This document shows positions 49,585 to 59,991 of a stretch of DNA of 64,000 nucleotides, in pieces. Each line of letters begins with the position of its first letter. Position 1 is the first letter of the stretch. Source of the stretch: Candidatus Sysuiplasma jiujiangense. GTDB lineage: Archaea; Thermoplasmatota; Thermoplasmata; Sysuiplasmatales; Sysuiplasmataceae. Made by a program: the position numbers and the translations under genes. The notes under the pieces are model-generated. The model saw only the letters and a program-made list of their open reading frames with translations. It searched no databases and was not told the origin of the DNA. Location: the NCBI GenBank assembly GCA_019721075.1, contig JAHEAD010000006.1:1-64000 (forward strand), in the 5' to 3' direction.

Positions 49585-50772
49585 TCAGCTCCTTCGTGCG
49601 ACTATCTTTATCACGTCTCCGTCGGCAAGCAAATAGTCGTGGCCCACGGGTTTCTTTGTCTTTGCGTTTATTGCGGTTATGTAATTTTTGCCTATTTCGG
49701 TGTGAATCATAAACGCAAGATCCTGCGGTCCGCTGCCCTTCCGCACGAGAAGAGCGTCCGGCAGCACCATGCCGTCCTTGTTCGTCAGCCTGTTTTCATC
49801 CTCAACCGGATAGACAGAAATGAGCGAGAGCAGCGCGAATGCAGTCTCCTCGATTGCCCTTTGCACCCCCGTGTCCGCTGCCGAGAGGAAAGAGTGTATT
49901 CTATCAAGCGCCTTTGATTGCCTTTCATTCAGCGACTGTGAAATCAGCCTGAAGTCCCTCTGCCCGGGCACGTAGGAGATGACACCGCTCCTGTCGGCCC
50001 TTCTCAACGCGAGCTCATACTCTGCCGAGCACATGATGACAGTATATCCCTGCAGGCTGCGTAGTTTCTTCAGGTTTTCCTCCGGTGCAATGTCGCACTT
50101 GTTGGCTGCTATGAGTACGGGTTTGCTTATTTTCCTGATCGCGTCGGAAAGCGAATAGAGATCGCTGTCTGACCAAAGTGACGGGTCCTGGGCAAGTCCG
50201 CTCATTCTCAGCGCCGCCGATATGTCGCTCTGCCTCACACCCAGTCCGCTCAGTCTCTCCTGGAGCATAGCCTCCACCTTGAGCCCCTCCAGATGGATCT
50301 TCTTCGCCGTCTTCTGGAAGTTCTTGTCCAGAATGCTCTTTATCCACATCGTCAGTTCGCGCTCGAGGAACCGCACATCCTCAACCGGATCCCTTGTGCC
50401 GACAGGAACCTGGTTCCCGTCTGCGTCTGTCCCGCCGCTCGCATCGACGACATGGATGAGCGCGTCAGCCTGCCTGAGCTCATCGAGAAAGGCGTTGCCT
50501 AGGCCCTTGCCCTGCCATGCGTCAGGCACAAGGCCGGCAACATCGAGAAGTTCCACAGGAATGAACCGTGTGCCGTCTATGCATCTTGCATTGTTCGGAT
50601 TGCATCTGACGCCGAAAAATGTTTCCGGGCAGGGCCTCCTGACAAAGCCGACTCCCCTGTTTGCCTTTATCGTTGTAAACGGATATGGTGCTATGTCCAC
50701 GGATGCCATTGTGGCTGCTGAGAAGAATGTGCTTTTGCCGACGTTCGGCTTGCCTACGATGCCTATCTGCAT
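49585..50772 (-). CDS. ychF: YchF-like Obg-family ATPase/GTPase with TGS domain
   Basis: GKPNVGKST, YPFTT, DVAGLV, GLGNAFL, NKCD. Confidence 0.92.
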   Translation of the reverse strand: MQIGIVGKPNVGKSTFFSAATMASVDIAPYPFTTIKANRGVGFVRRPCPETFFGVRCNPNNARCIDGTRFIPVELLDVAGLVPDAWQGKGLGNAFLDELRQADALIHVVDASGGTDADGNQVPVGTRDPVEDVRFLERELTMWIKSILDKNFQKTAKKIHLEGLKVEAMLQERLSGLGVRQSDISAALRMSGLAQDPSLWSDSDLYSLSDAIRKISKPVLIAANKCDIAPEENLKKLRSLQGYTVIMCSAEYELALRRADRSGVISYVPGQRDFRLISQSLNERQSKALDRIHSFLSAADTGVQRAIEETAFALLSLISVYPVEDENRLTNKDGMVLPDALLVRKGSGPQDLAFMIHTEIGKNYITAINAKTKKPVGHDYLLADGDVIKIVARRS

Positions 50773-50800
50773 GGCAATCTACCGGAAGAGCAGTCAACAC

Positions 50801-51577
50801 TTATTCATTTCGCAGGAGGGGGGCAAGGCGCTCATTGCCCGACATCCACTTCACAAGTTCCCCGATCTGCTTCACGTCGAGCTCCTCTATCCTGCGCGTG
50901 CCGAACGGAATTCCGTCCAGATCGACTCCACCCCTGACTGTCTTCCTTAGTATGGAGGCTATCGTCTTTCTCCTCTGGGAGAAAAGTAAGGCAGCAGCCC
51001 TCTCGTATTCGGGCCATCTTTTCACCCCCCTGATCGCAGCGAAACGCAGGACCGAGGAATCGACGTCGGGCTGCGGATAGAAATGCGTGTGGCCGACATC
51101 GAACAGCAGTTCTATATGATTTGAGCGCTGGAGGACGGCAGCCATCCTTGAATATTCGGCTGTAAAAGGCGGCGCGACCACTCTCAGAGCCATCTCCTTC
51201 TGTATCATGAAGAGTCCCCTCTTCATTCCAGAATTGACCAGCCTGAATATCAGCTGCGATGAAACGGAATACGGCAGATTCCCTATCGCAACGTCAAACT
51301 TCGGCAGTTTAGCGTCCATTGCATCTCCTTCAACCACTTCCACAGCATCGCCGAACTTCTCCCTGAGATATATTGCCAGTCTCTGGTCGTTTTCGATTGC
51401 AACAACCCTGCGTGCCTTCTGCACTATCCGTTCTGTCAGCACGCCGAGTCCTGGCCCGATCTCAAGCACCGTGTCCTTGGACCTTATCCGCGCGCTTTCA
51501 ATCTCCCTGTCGGCTATGCTTTCGTCAATGAGGAATGTCTGGCCGAAGCGTTTCGAAGGGTAAATTCCCAGTTCCAT
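50801..51577 (-). CDS. rsmA: 16S rRNA adenine dimethyltransferase
   Basis: FGQTFL, LEIGPGLG, NLPY, QRRKT. The true start may be upstream (CTG 51610 or 51607). Confidence 0.94.
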   Translation of the reverse strand: MELGIYPSKRFGQTFLIDESIADREIESARIRSKDTVLEIGPGLGVLTERIVQKARRVVAIENDQRLAIYLREKFGDAVEVVEGDAMDAKLPKFDVAIGNLPYSVSSQLIFRLVNSGMKRGLFMIQKEMALRVVAPPFTAEYSRMAAVLQRSNHIELLFDVGHTHFYPQPDVDSSVLRFAAIRGVKRWPEYERAAALLFSQRRKTIASILRKTVRGGVDLDGIPFGTRRIEELDVKQIGELVKWMSGNERLAPLLRNE

Positions 51578-51622
51578 CAGGAGCTGCCTGACAGTCCTAA
51601 CCGACAGCAGAACATCCCCCGT

Positions 51623-52177
51623 TCATCGGGCCACAAAAAGCCTGTATTTCTGGTCTCTGTTTGACAGTTCCTCCACAATGCGCCTGGCAATAAGCTTGGC
51701 CGGATTGTGCAGTGTGGGAACCCTTTTTTCCAGATCTGCCAGGCTCCTGAATTTCTCCTTCTTTCTCTCTTCGATTATGGCCCACATTGTCTTGTTACCG
51801 AGGCCGGGTAGAAGCTCAAGCGTGTGAAGACGGGTTGTTATCGGCTGTGCCTCGTTGAAAAATCTGACGAATCTTGTTTCGTTGTCAAGCACGATCTGTT
51901 CGAGCGTGTGCGGCAGTTCCGACTGACTGTTGGATGTGAGCTCGTCATACGACAGCCTTCTCTTCACATGTATGATGTGCTGTCTGAGATTCATCTCCTT
52001 CCCTATGTATACCTTTTCGCCCGGCGAAATGACCACACCCTGCCTGGGGACAAGTTCGAATAGCTTGAACTCTTCAGACCCTATGGCATAGCTCGTGGGC
52101 TCATGTTTGAAGCTCCTTTCAGAAGGGGAGCCCTGTGGCAGGTAATCAAGTATGTAGGCATAATCTTCCAAATGCAA
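51623..52177 (-). CDS. DUF655 putative RNA-binding protein
   Basis: EDYAYILDYL, RLHTLELLPGLG; conserved position between rpoF and rsmA. Confidence 0.88.
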   Translation of the reverse strand: MHLEDYAYILDYLPQGSPSERSFKHEPTSYAIGSEEFKLFELVPRQGVVISPGEKVYIGKEMNLRQHIIHVKRRLSYDELTSNSQSELPHTLEQIVLDNETRFVRFFNEAQPITTRLHTLELLPGLGNKTMWAIIEERKKEKFRSLADLEKRVPTLHNPAKLIARRIVEELSNRDQKYRLFVAR

Positions 52178-52185
52178 ACACCTGC

Positions 52186-52515
52186 CTACATATATTTTCG
52201 AACAGCCTCAATGATCTGTTCAATCTGCTTCTTTTCAGGGGTAAGGCGTTCTTTGGAAAATATGAGCCTGACATCTTCCGGCGTCGTCGGAAGCAGGTCT
52301 ATGATCTTGACCGCATTCTGTTCGCTGCCGAAGCCGATTTCAGTCAGCTCTTTCCTAAGCTTCTTCACGCTCTCAATATCCAGCTTTGCAAATTTCTGCG
52401 CGTGTTCCAGGGCGACCTTATGTTCGGATGAAAGCTCACGCTGCTTCTCTTCCTTTGTCAGAAGTTGCTTTACCTCTGCAAGCGTGATGTACTTTGTGTC
52501 GGCCACGTGGCTCAC
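52186..52515 (-). CDS. rpoF: RNA polymerase subunit Rpo4 (F)
   Basis: ALEHAQKFAKL, AVKIIDLLP, DVRLIF; follows rpl21e. Confidence 0.9.
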   Translation of the reverse strand: MSHVADTKYITLAEVKQLLTKEEKQRELSSEHKVALEHAQKFAKLDIESVKKLRKELTEIGFGSEQNAVKIIDLLPTTPEDVRLIFSKERLTPEKKQIEQIIEAVRKYM

Positions 52516-52805
52516 TTCGCTTTCATGAGGTGAACGGCATCCGATAATATAACTTTCTCCTTTCCGCCGTCGACTATCCTTACCCTGTAAGTTCTTCCCT
52601 GCATGCCTATGACGACACCCGTCCTTCCCTGGAATCGCAGATGCGGGGCCCCATCTCTAATGCTCGGCTCGATCTTGATGGATACCCTTTCCCCTTCCTC
52701 GAACCTGCGTATAATCCTGGCGACCGGCGGCATGCCCCTCTCTCTCGGGCTCTTGCTCAGTATCCCTCTCGAACGTCTTCTAAGTCCTTTAGATGCCTTT
52801 ACCAT
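52512..52805 (-). CDS. rpl21e: 50S ribosomal protein eL21
   Basis: SKGLRRRSR, PHLRFQGRTG. Confidence 0.95.
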   Translation of the reverse strand: MVKASKGLRRRSRGILSKSPRERGMPPVARIIRRFEEGERVSIKIEPSIRDGAPHLRFQGRTGVVIGMQGRTYRVRIVDGGKEKVILSDAVHLMKAK

Positions 52806-54058
52806 TGCTCACCAGCTCCAGTTGAAACTTCCAGGACATCGAGCGAAACAATCCGGCACTCCAGACCGAGGGCACCCGATATGTTCGGCACAGTCCTGCC
52901 TTCATCCCCTGTGACAAACTCCTTTATATATGTGCCGGATTGGGCCGTGACCTGGACAGTAGCTTCATCGCCGTCGAATTCAAGCAGTCTGCAGTCGATA
53001 AGCCTTCTTTCCCTGACAACATCGGCCCTTCTGTGCACAACCCTCAGCGGTGTCCTCTGTGCGATCATCTTTCCGCTGAATTCCGAGATGAGGTCAACAA
53101 GTTTCTCTTTATTAATTTTGCCGAGAATCCGGAAACGGACAACATAACTCTTGGACGGTGTTGCCGCCTTAAGTCCAACAACCTCTGTCTTGGATGAATA
53201 CCTGAGCGCACTGACCTCCACGCGCGGTTTCGATTCGGCATTGATTGTCGCCTCCAGTGCTTCAAGGTCAAGGTATCGTCTTCTGGGTCTTGAAATTTCG
53301 AGTATGAAAGGGCGGCCTTCGCCGAGCATCACTGCATCTATGTCCTCTCTTCCCATGCCGTGGAAATAGTGAGAGGATCCGCCGGTCTCCCTAATCACCG
53401 GTGCAGCGATGATCTCCTCAACGCTCGTTTCATACATCTTCCCCAGTCCGCCGCAGTGGCTGCAGCCCTTGCCATGGCATTTTCTGCATGGCCATTTGGT
53501 CTGCGGTATTCCCCTGACGTACTTCCTGTATCGCCCGTAGATGAAGATGGAAGAAGGCTCAAGGAGGTAAGTCATGAATGGCAAATCCACTATTATCAGC
53601 ATATCCGGTGAACTGATTTTGCCCTCCCTGCCGGTAATCGATGCAATCCTGAGGCCGAGCTCCCTGTTGATCTCCACTTTTATTGAATGACCGATTTCAA
53701 CATCCATGAGCGCCGCAACTTCCTCCTCCCTTGCCAACATTCCAAATTCAAGTCTGCTGCCTGCCCAGAATGTACTGTATTCCCAGTTCTTCAGTTCCTC
53801 CACAGGGAGCAGTGCGGCGGCGTCAAGCGAATTGAAAACGCCCCTGCATATGTAACATCCGCCACTGTCCCGCCCGATGATATTGAGCCTGTTGAATGCC
53901 TGCCCCGGGAGGGCGGAGCCGCCTGTGAGACGGTCAAAACACCTTTCGCATATTGATAAGATCGCAGGGCTTGCCGCAGCCGCATACGAATCCGCCGCTA
54001 TCCCCGCCGTCTTCGCTGCCTGAGGTGCCGATGCCGGACGCCCTCCGTCAGGCATCAT
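52799..54058 (-). CDS. pus10: tRNA pseudouridine(54/55) synthase Pus10
   Basis: GRYRK..RGIPQTKW, GREDID, QRTPLRVVHRR, GTYIKEF. Confidence 0.94.
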   Translation of the reverse strand: MMPDGGRPASAPQAAKTAGIAADSYAAAASPAILSICERCFDRLTGGSALPGQAFNRLNIIGRDSGGCYICRGVFNSLDAAALLPVEELKNWEYSTFWAGSRLEFGMLAREEEVAALMDVEIGHSIKVEINRELGLRIASITGREGKISSPDMLIIVDLPFMTYLLEPSSIFIYGRYRKYVRGIPQTKWPCRKCHGKGCSHCGGLGKMYETSVEEIIAAPVIRETGGSSHYFHGMGREDIDAVMLGEGRPFILEISRPRRRYLDLEALEATINAESKPRVEVSALRYSSKTEVVGLKAATPSKSYVVRFRILGKINKEKLVDLISEFSGKMIAQRTPLRVVHRRADVVRERRLIDCRLLEFDGDEATVQVTAQSGTYIKEFVTGDEGRTVPNISGALGLECRIVSLDVLEVSTGAGEQW

Positions 54059-54627
54059 ACATCACTGTCCCGCCATTCCGGCTGGCCGTAATAGGCGAGT
54101 TCGCGGAGTTTCAGCTCCCTCTGCCTGCGTTCAAGAAAGTGGAAGACGGCAGAATGCTCGCTCCCCCTGAGAAGCATGTCGATTCCGCTCCTTGCAAGTT
54201 CGAGCTCGACGGGATCGCCTATTATAGCAACTGTGTCTCCCTGTATGGATATCAGCGTTTCAGTCAAATTCTCTATAGTTTCCCTCGACCTGCCCTGCCT
54301 TCCTATCAGCCTGCCGCGCATCCTCTGCACACGATTTTTCCTTCCCCCGACATAATCGGTGATGTTTATCACCTCAAGAAAAATGTCTTCCCGCAGCAGT
54401 CTGGCAGCCCTGTCCGGTGCAAAGCCTCTTGCAATGGCATTCACATAAGACGCCACTTTCAGCTCCATGACAGGGTCAGGTGACACCCTACCGTCCACCT
54501 CCACGTATCCCTCGGAAGAGTCGACTGAAATCGAGACGCCGGTCTCCTCCTCGACCTTCTTCTTAAGCGTTCCGTCCTTTCCCAGGATAACGCCTATCCT
54601 CTCCCTGGGTATTCTAAGATACTGCAA
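54055..54627 (-). CDS. KH-domain ribosome biogenesis protein (Dim2/Pno1-like)
   Basis: GVILGKDG, AIARGF, GRLIGRQG, GSEH. Confidence 0.9.
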   Translation of the reverse strand: MQYLRIPRERIGVILGKDGTLKKKVEEETGVSISVDSSEGYVEVDGRVSPDPVMELKVASYVNAIARGFAPDRAARLLREDIFLEVINITDYVGGRKNRVQRMRGRLIGRQGRSRETIENLTETLISIQGDTVAIIGDPVELELARSGIDMLLRGSEHSAVFHFLERRQRELKLRELAYYGQPEWRDSDV

Positions 54628-55405
54628 GCTTTTTCTCTCCCGTAAGTTTTTTCAGCACAGCAGAAGGTTCGTCCACAGTTGCACCCCTGGATCTGAAGAA
54701 TCGGCTGACGTTTCTCAGGTCGCGCAGCAGATACTCCTGAGCGCCGGGATGCCTGGACGAAACTGCCTGACCGCAGTCTATGACATAAGCCTTCTTTTCA
54801 TGGACCATGACGTTGTATTCGCTGAGATCGGCATGGACAATATTTGCCTTTCTGTATGCTACGTCTATAAATTGCATGACCTGCCGGTAGTACTCCTCCG
54901 CCTGCTTTTCGGTGAGTGCGCAATTCCTGATCAGCGGTGCAGGCCCGCGCTCCGTACCGAGGTAGGACATTACGATCACGTTTCCGCGGCAGGCAATGGG
55001 ATAAGGTACAGAGGCGCCCGCCTCCCTGAGCCTGGCAAGATTCAGGAATTCCCTCTTGGCCCACGCATAGATTGTCTTCGAGAAGCTGCCTTTCAGGCCG
55101 CTGAAATGAATATCGCCTTCGGTGTATCTTGCGAGCGATTTGAAGGTTGCATTGGATATTCTGTATATTTTCATCGCTACGGCCTCCCCTTCCGAAGAGC
55201 TGCACTTGAAGACGCCTCCCTCCTTTCCGGTCGCGACCGGAAAATCGACTGTTTCCACAACCCCTGAATTCATGAGCGCGTAGACATTCATAAGAGTCCT
55301 GTTGTCAAAAAACTGATCGTATACTTTTCGATCTTCCGCTCCCTTTATCCTCTTCTCGAAGGGCTCAAGGAGCCTCTCCAGATGCCCTTCCCTCACTCCT
55401 GCCAT
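54614..55405 (-). CDS. rio1: RIO1 family serine kinase
   Basis: TGKEG, WAKREF.NL, VHADLSEYN, IDCGQ. Confidence 0.93.
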   Translation of the reverse strand: MAGVREGHLERLLEPFEKRIKGAEDRKVYDQFFDNRTLMNVYALMNSGVVETVDFPVATGKEGGVFKCSSSEGEAVAMKIYRISNATFKSLARYTEGDIHFSGLKGSFSKTIYAWAKREFLNLARLREAGASVPYPIACRGNVIVMSYLGTERGPAPLIRNCALTEKQAEEYYRQVMQFIDVAYRKANIVHADLSEYNVMVHEKKAYVIDCGQAVSSRHPGAQEYLLRDLRNVSRFFRSRGATVDEPSAVLKKLTGEKKLAVS

Positions 55406-55585
55406 TCCTTTTTATGCTCCTGAAACGCCAATGAACCAGCTGTCATAATACATCTCCGGTAGGAACATTTCGGTCAGCAAGATAAACTGCTGAAGCGATC
55501 GGCTGCTTATGGGCAGGATACCGGCGCCGGGCGGATTCCCCCGTGCACTGGCACTGTTCCGGCACCCTAAGGGCGCTGCTGAAAT

Positions 55586-55966
55586 TCATGTGAATATGTT
55601 TATGCCTGAAGGAATCATCTTTCTTCTGCTGAGGTATGACGACTGGGTTTTCGTGTACCTGTAAAGTATGTCCGCCTTGTCTTCCTGGAAATCCCAAGGT
55701 TTGACTATTACGAGATCGCCCTCACGTATCCACATCTTCTTTTTGATTTTGCCGGGAATCCTACCCATCCTTGCCTTGCCGTCGGCGCACTGCACCCTGA
55801 TTCTGGAACCGCCAAGCAGCTGATCCGCGACCGCCAGCATCTCTCCATTCTTCTTTCTTGGTAGAGGAACGCGCATATAATTGTCTGTGCCTTCCTCCCC
55901 TTCGACTATGGCTTCACTCCTGCTTTCGAATCTCTGCTGCCTTTCCCTGTTGCTTTTTATACTCAA
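55586..55966 (-). CDS. eif1a: Translation initiation factor aIF-1A
   Basis: LLGGSR, CADGK, RIPGKIKKKMWIREGD, PWDFQ. Confidence 0.95.
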   Translation of the reverse strand: MSIKSNRERQQRFESRSEAIVEGEEGTDNYMRVPLPRKKNGEMLAVADQLLGGSRIRVQCADGKARMGRIPGKIKKKMWIREGDLVIVKPWDFQEDKADILYRYTKTQSSYLSRRKMIPSGINIFT

Positions 55967-56325
55967 GTAAATTCTCCATGTTTTGACATTAGTAAATTGG
56001 ACTGAATTAAATATATTGCTGTCTTAAAACACGCCGGTAAGCGCAGGAAAAGTCATAAAGGGAAATGATCGTCTGCGAATAACAGTTAGCATATCTTTCT
56101 GCTTCCACATAAGTTATCATGCTAAGATTTGCCTTTCCATTGTGCCTTTGGGCAGACGCAGGCGGTCAATTGCAGCGAGCGGAGGCAGGTTGCATTGCGT
56201 TTTATTGAGTTCCGTTTCTTTATTCGGAGGTATTTCATGCGTCACCGGCGTTATGACGGCCTAACGCGCATTTACGTGGTCAGGAAGGTGTAATGGTTAT
56301 TATATAGAAAGCGGAATCAGCCAGC

Positions 56326-57717
56326 ATGGAGAAAATTCGGGGGATTCTCAGTGCCGCAGTTGTGGTTTTTGTGATTTTATCGGTAGCTCCACTCTATGTT
56401 AGTGCCACCCAGGCAGCAGGGCAGCGATTGGAAGAAATGAACGCACCGGCATCATCGACAACGGGTGCCTTCGCGCTTACCTCATATTTCACATCCGGCG
56501 GAAATTATGCCAGTTACGGATGGCAGCTCTACAGCGGAAACGGGAAAAGGGACTCAATATCGGCGGGTACAGCCTATTTTGGCGAACCGTCACTATCTGT
56601 TTCCGATTCTGAACTCATAAACACAAACGGCGTCATTACGGGGGATCAGTTCATTTCGTTCCAGGTTGCTGTCAATGCCGGGAAAGGCACGGCAATGTTC
56701 GCTATTGTGAACGGCAACAGCCAGCCCATTGCCACAGTGGGCGTCATGGGCAGCAGTGTCTACGGCGGCACGAACACCCAGGATCTGAAACTGCTGGGAA
56801 CCGCTCCGTCGCAGTCCGTGTATCCCGGCGGGTGGCTGTACATAACAGCGAACGTAATGAACAGCAGCACACAGAAGACCTTCAGCTGGACAATGCAGCT
56901 CTTTGTTGACGGCTCAAATACGGTATTTGCGAATCTCTCTGTGCCGAACGCCTACCAGTATGCCGGAATCGCTCTCATCAATCAGAAACATACTGCCGTT
57001 TATTTTACCGACATTGTTTTCACAACTTATGAGATACCGATATATCTGCCAGGGTACAATCCCATGGAAGGGTACGGACAGGGTTCCGGATTGCTCGTAA
57101 GTCTTCTGCCAGCATTTACCATCCTCCATGCGAATATGACACTGAACAGCTGGAATGTTCCAGAAAATAATATATTGAGTTTCCAGATAAATGCGATGAA
57201 TTACTACGGTACAACAACATCATCCTGTGTCGGCTTCTTCCAGCTGGGAGTTGATATCAACCAGAACATGCACATCGCCCCGTGGTACGTTGAAGGCACA
57301 AACTGTATAGCACACTACTTCCTTTCCTCCAACAACCCGGCACCCCAGTACGGTTTCGAGGCACAGCCGAACTCCACCCTCTCGCTCAGTATAATCATCA
57401 ACCAGAACAGCACGCTCTCATTCCAGATAATCTATTTCGGATCGGGCGTTACTAAATATTTCAATGCAACAATTGCCTACAGCGGGACAGACTTCTATTC
57501 CACATACACACAGCTGGAATTCCAGCCTTCATCTAACTACCCAATCAATGACTACTACTTCAACGGAAGTCTCTACAACATAGCATACGGTAGCAGCATG
57601 TCGTCGATGCAGACACTGAACGGTGGCTATATGCTGCCATTCATACTCAACGCGCCGCCTACCTGGAGTTTCGCTTACTACCAGAGCAGCATATCGGGAT
57701 ACCAGCAGATAGGATGA
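56326..57717 (+). CDS. Secreted / cell-surface S,T,N,Y-rich protein
   Basis: N-terminal signal-peptide-like segment; very few charged residues; beta-rich composition. Confidence 0.8.
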   Translation: MEKIRGILSAAVVVFVILSVAPLYVSATQAAGQRLEEMNAPASSTTGAFALTSYFTSGGNYASYGWQLYSGNGKRDSISAGTAYFGEPSLSVSDSELINTNGVITGDQFISFQVAVNAGKGTAMFAIVNGNSQPIATVGVMGSSVYGGTNTQDLKLLGTAPSQSVYPGGWLYITANVMNSSTQKTFSWTMQLFVDGSNTVFANLSVPNAYQYAGIALINQKHTAVYFTDIVFTTYEIPIYLPGYNPMEGYGQGSGLLVSLLPAFTILHANMTLNSWNVPENNILSFQINAMNYYGTTTSSCVGFFQLGVDINQNMHIAPWYVEGTNCIAHYFLSSNNPAPQYGFEAQPNSTLSLSIIINQNSTLSFQIIYFGSGVTKYFNATIAYSGTDFYSTYTQLEFQPSSNYPINDYYFNGSLYNIAYGSSMSSMQTLNGGYMLPFILNAPPTWSFAYYQSSISGYQQIG

Positions 57718-57866
57718 ATGCGCACAATCTCCTCGGGTTACCAAAAGCAAATCTCTTCAAACCCTATTTTATCAAATGATTTTTTACCTGTCAGCCATGG
57801 ACAATCGCTCTGAATCGGGCGGCTGATCGACCGACAAATCAATATGCCGCAGCGGCATCCCCAATT

Positions 57867-59225
57867 ATGTCTGTAAGACGGGTAATAATAATTGGCGGGG
57901 ATGCAGCCGGAATGAGCGCTGCATCCAGGGTAAGGAAACGGCTGCCGGATGCGGAGGTTGTTGTTTATGAGGCCGGAGGGTATGTCTCATATTCCGCGTG
58001 CGGCATGCCATTCCATGTGGCAGGCGTTGTCAGTGAATTCGCCAGCCTGCTGCACTATCCGGTGGAAAAATTTGAAAAGGAGCGGAGGATCCAAATCAGG
58101 CTGCACAGCAGGGTCACGGAAATAGACACGGAAAAGAAGGTGATCAGGTTTCTCAGCAACGGTGTCCCGGAGCAGGACCATTTTGACAGACTTATTATTG
58201 CTACGGGCGCCAGCCCGAAGGTACCGCCTGATCTTGCGGGACTGAATGCTGTAAGGACTCTCCGCACGTTAAACGACCTTGATGCATTCGAAGAACTCGC
58301 AAACCGTGCTTCGCACATCACGATTGTCGGCGCAGGCTATATCGGCCTTGAACTCTCCGAATCCTTCAGGATGCTTGGTAAAGATGTAAGGATTCTTCAG
58401 AGGTCTGACAGAATACTGAGGGGATACGATGCCGAACTGTCAAAGCAGATCGTCGACGAGGTTGTCGGCAACGGGATTCGCATCGATTTCAAAACCGAAA
58501 TTGAAAAGGTCGAGGAACGCGGAACTGCCGTCCGTATCCGGACGAAGGACGGGAGCGAATTTGACACAGACATGATTGTTGCTGCGACCGGTGTTACGCC
58601 CAACAGTGCGCTGGCTTCCTCGGCGGGCATTGCGCTCGGCGCTTCCGGCGCAATCAGGGTCAATGAATATATGGAAACCAGTGCTCCGGGAATTTTTGCC
58701 GCAGGGGACGTTGCAACAACTTTCAATATGATTACAGGTGAAAGCATTTACATGCCTCTGGCTACGGGCTCCAACAAGTCGGGCAGGGTTGCCGGGGAGA
58801 ATGCGGCGGGGGGAAGGGTAAGGTGGTCAGGTGTTGCAGGTACTGAAGTGGTAAAGGTCTTTTCGCTTGAAGTGGGGCGCACAGGAATTGATGAGAATGA
58901 GGCGGTGTCGCACGGATTCGAACCTGTTTCATCGACGATAACATCCACAACACGATCTGCATATTATCCGGGCGCAGGCCCGCTGACAATACGGCTGATG
59001 GCGGACAGGAAGTCGCACAGATTTCTGGGTGGCAACATCATCGGGAAGGAGGGGGTAGCAAAGAGGCTGGACGTCCTTGCAACCGCAATAGCAGCAGGCA
59101 TGACGGTGGATCAGCTGGTGACTGTGGATTATTCGTATTCACCTCCCTTTGCGCCCGCCTGGGAACCCATCGGAGTGGCAGCCGATGTTCTGTCGGGCAA
59201 GCTGCACGATCAAGCGGCTGGCTGA
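57867..59225 (+). CDS. CoA-disulfide reductase / NADH oxidase family flavoprotein
   Basis: GGDAAG, SYSACG single redox Cys, GAGYIG, AAGD, YSPPF. Confidence 0.9.
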   Translation: MSVRRVIIIGGDAAGMSAASRVRKRLPDAEVVVYEAGGYVSYSACGMPFHVAGVVSEFASLLHYPVEKFEKERRIQIRLHSRVTEIDTEKKVIRFLSNGVPEQDHFDRLIIATGASPKVPPDLAGLNAVRTLRTLNDLDAFEELANRASHITIVGAGYIGLELSESFRMLGKDVRILQRSDRILRGYDAELSKQIVDEVVGNGIRIDFKTEIEKVEERGTAVRIRTKDGSEFDTDMIVAATGVTPNSALASSAGIALGASGAIRVNEYMETSAPGIFAAGDVATTFNMITGESIYMPLATGSNKSGRVAGENAAGGRVRWSGVAGTEVVKVFSLEVGRTGIDENEAVSHGFEPVSSTITSTTRSAYYPGAGPLTIRLMADRKSHRFLGGNIIGKEGVAKRLDVLATAIAAGMTVDQLVTVDYSYSPPFAPAWEPIGVAADVLSGKLHDQAAG

Positions 59226-59350
59226 GGCTGTTTATGCCGTTCAAGTGTCCTGCAGTCGTTAAGTTAATTTAGGGGCAAACCATAGAAAAACACCGCAACA
59301 AAGGCCGGATACCCTTAACAAACAGGTGATGACATCCTTAACCCTGGCCG

Positions 59351-59848
59351 GTGAAACGAGAAAGAAAGGCGTTGGAAATAACTTCATTGTTGAATATCCT
59401 AGGAGGAAAGACGGTACGCATCATAAGTTCCCGGCATCTGCTCAGGCTGGTTAAATTTTCGATATCAGGCACAACCGGCTTTCTTGCTTTCGAATTCATA
59501 CTTGTCGCGGGCCTGGCTGTTTATGGCGTCACTCACATTCTGGCCGTTGACGCTGCCGCATGGATTGTCGGAACATCCGTCGCTTTTTTTGCGGATGAAT
59601 ACTGGACATTCCACAACAGGAGCCGGATACAATCCGGAAACCTGTCGGCACTTTTATACAGACTTGGTCTTTTCCAGCTTGCCAGTTCACTTACAAATGC
59701 GATCGTGATATTCTGCCAGCTTCTGCTTCTGTTTTCATTCGGACTACCTGCTTTTGCAGGAACGGCTTTGGGAGGAGCACTGACGTTTCCGCTCAGCTAC
59801 AGACTGAGCGAATCGGTTGTATGGAAGGCGATCCTGCAGGGCCAGTAA
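59351..59848 (+). CDS. GtrA-like membrane protein
   Basis: LVKFSISG, four hydrophobic segments, YWTF, terminal VVWK. Confidence 0.7.
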   Translation: MKRERKALEITSLLNILGGKTVRIISSRHLLRLVKFSISGTTGFLAFEFILVAGLAVYGVTHILAVDAAAWIVGTSVAFFADEYWTFHNRSRIQSGNLSALLYRLGLFQLASSLTNAIVIFCQLLLLFSFGLPAFAGTALGGALTFPLSYRLSESVVWKAILQGQ

Positions 59849-59991
59849 ACAGACCTCGAACTGGACTGACTTCCACATGAAACGCAGCTTGTCATCATCA
59901 CAGTAATGATCCGTTGCCCGACATAATAAAGATGCAAGCGCTGAGAGCTTCAGATCAGCAGGCGATGCATGAAAATCGGATTTATCCGGAT

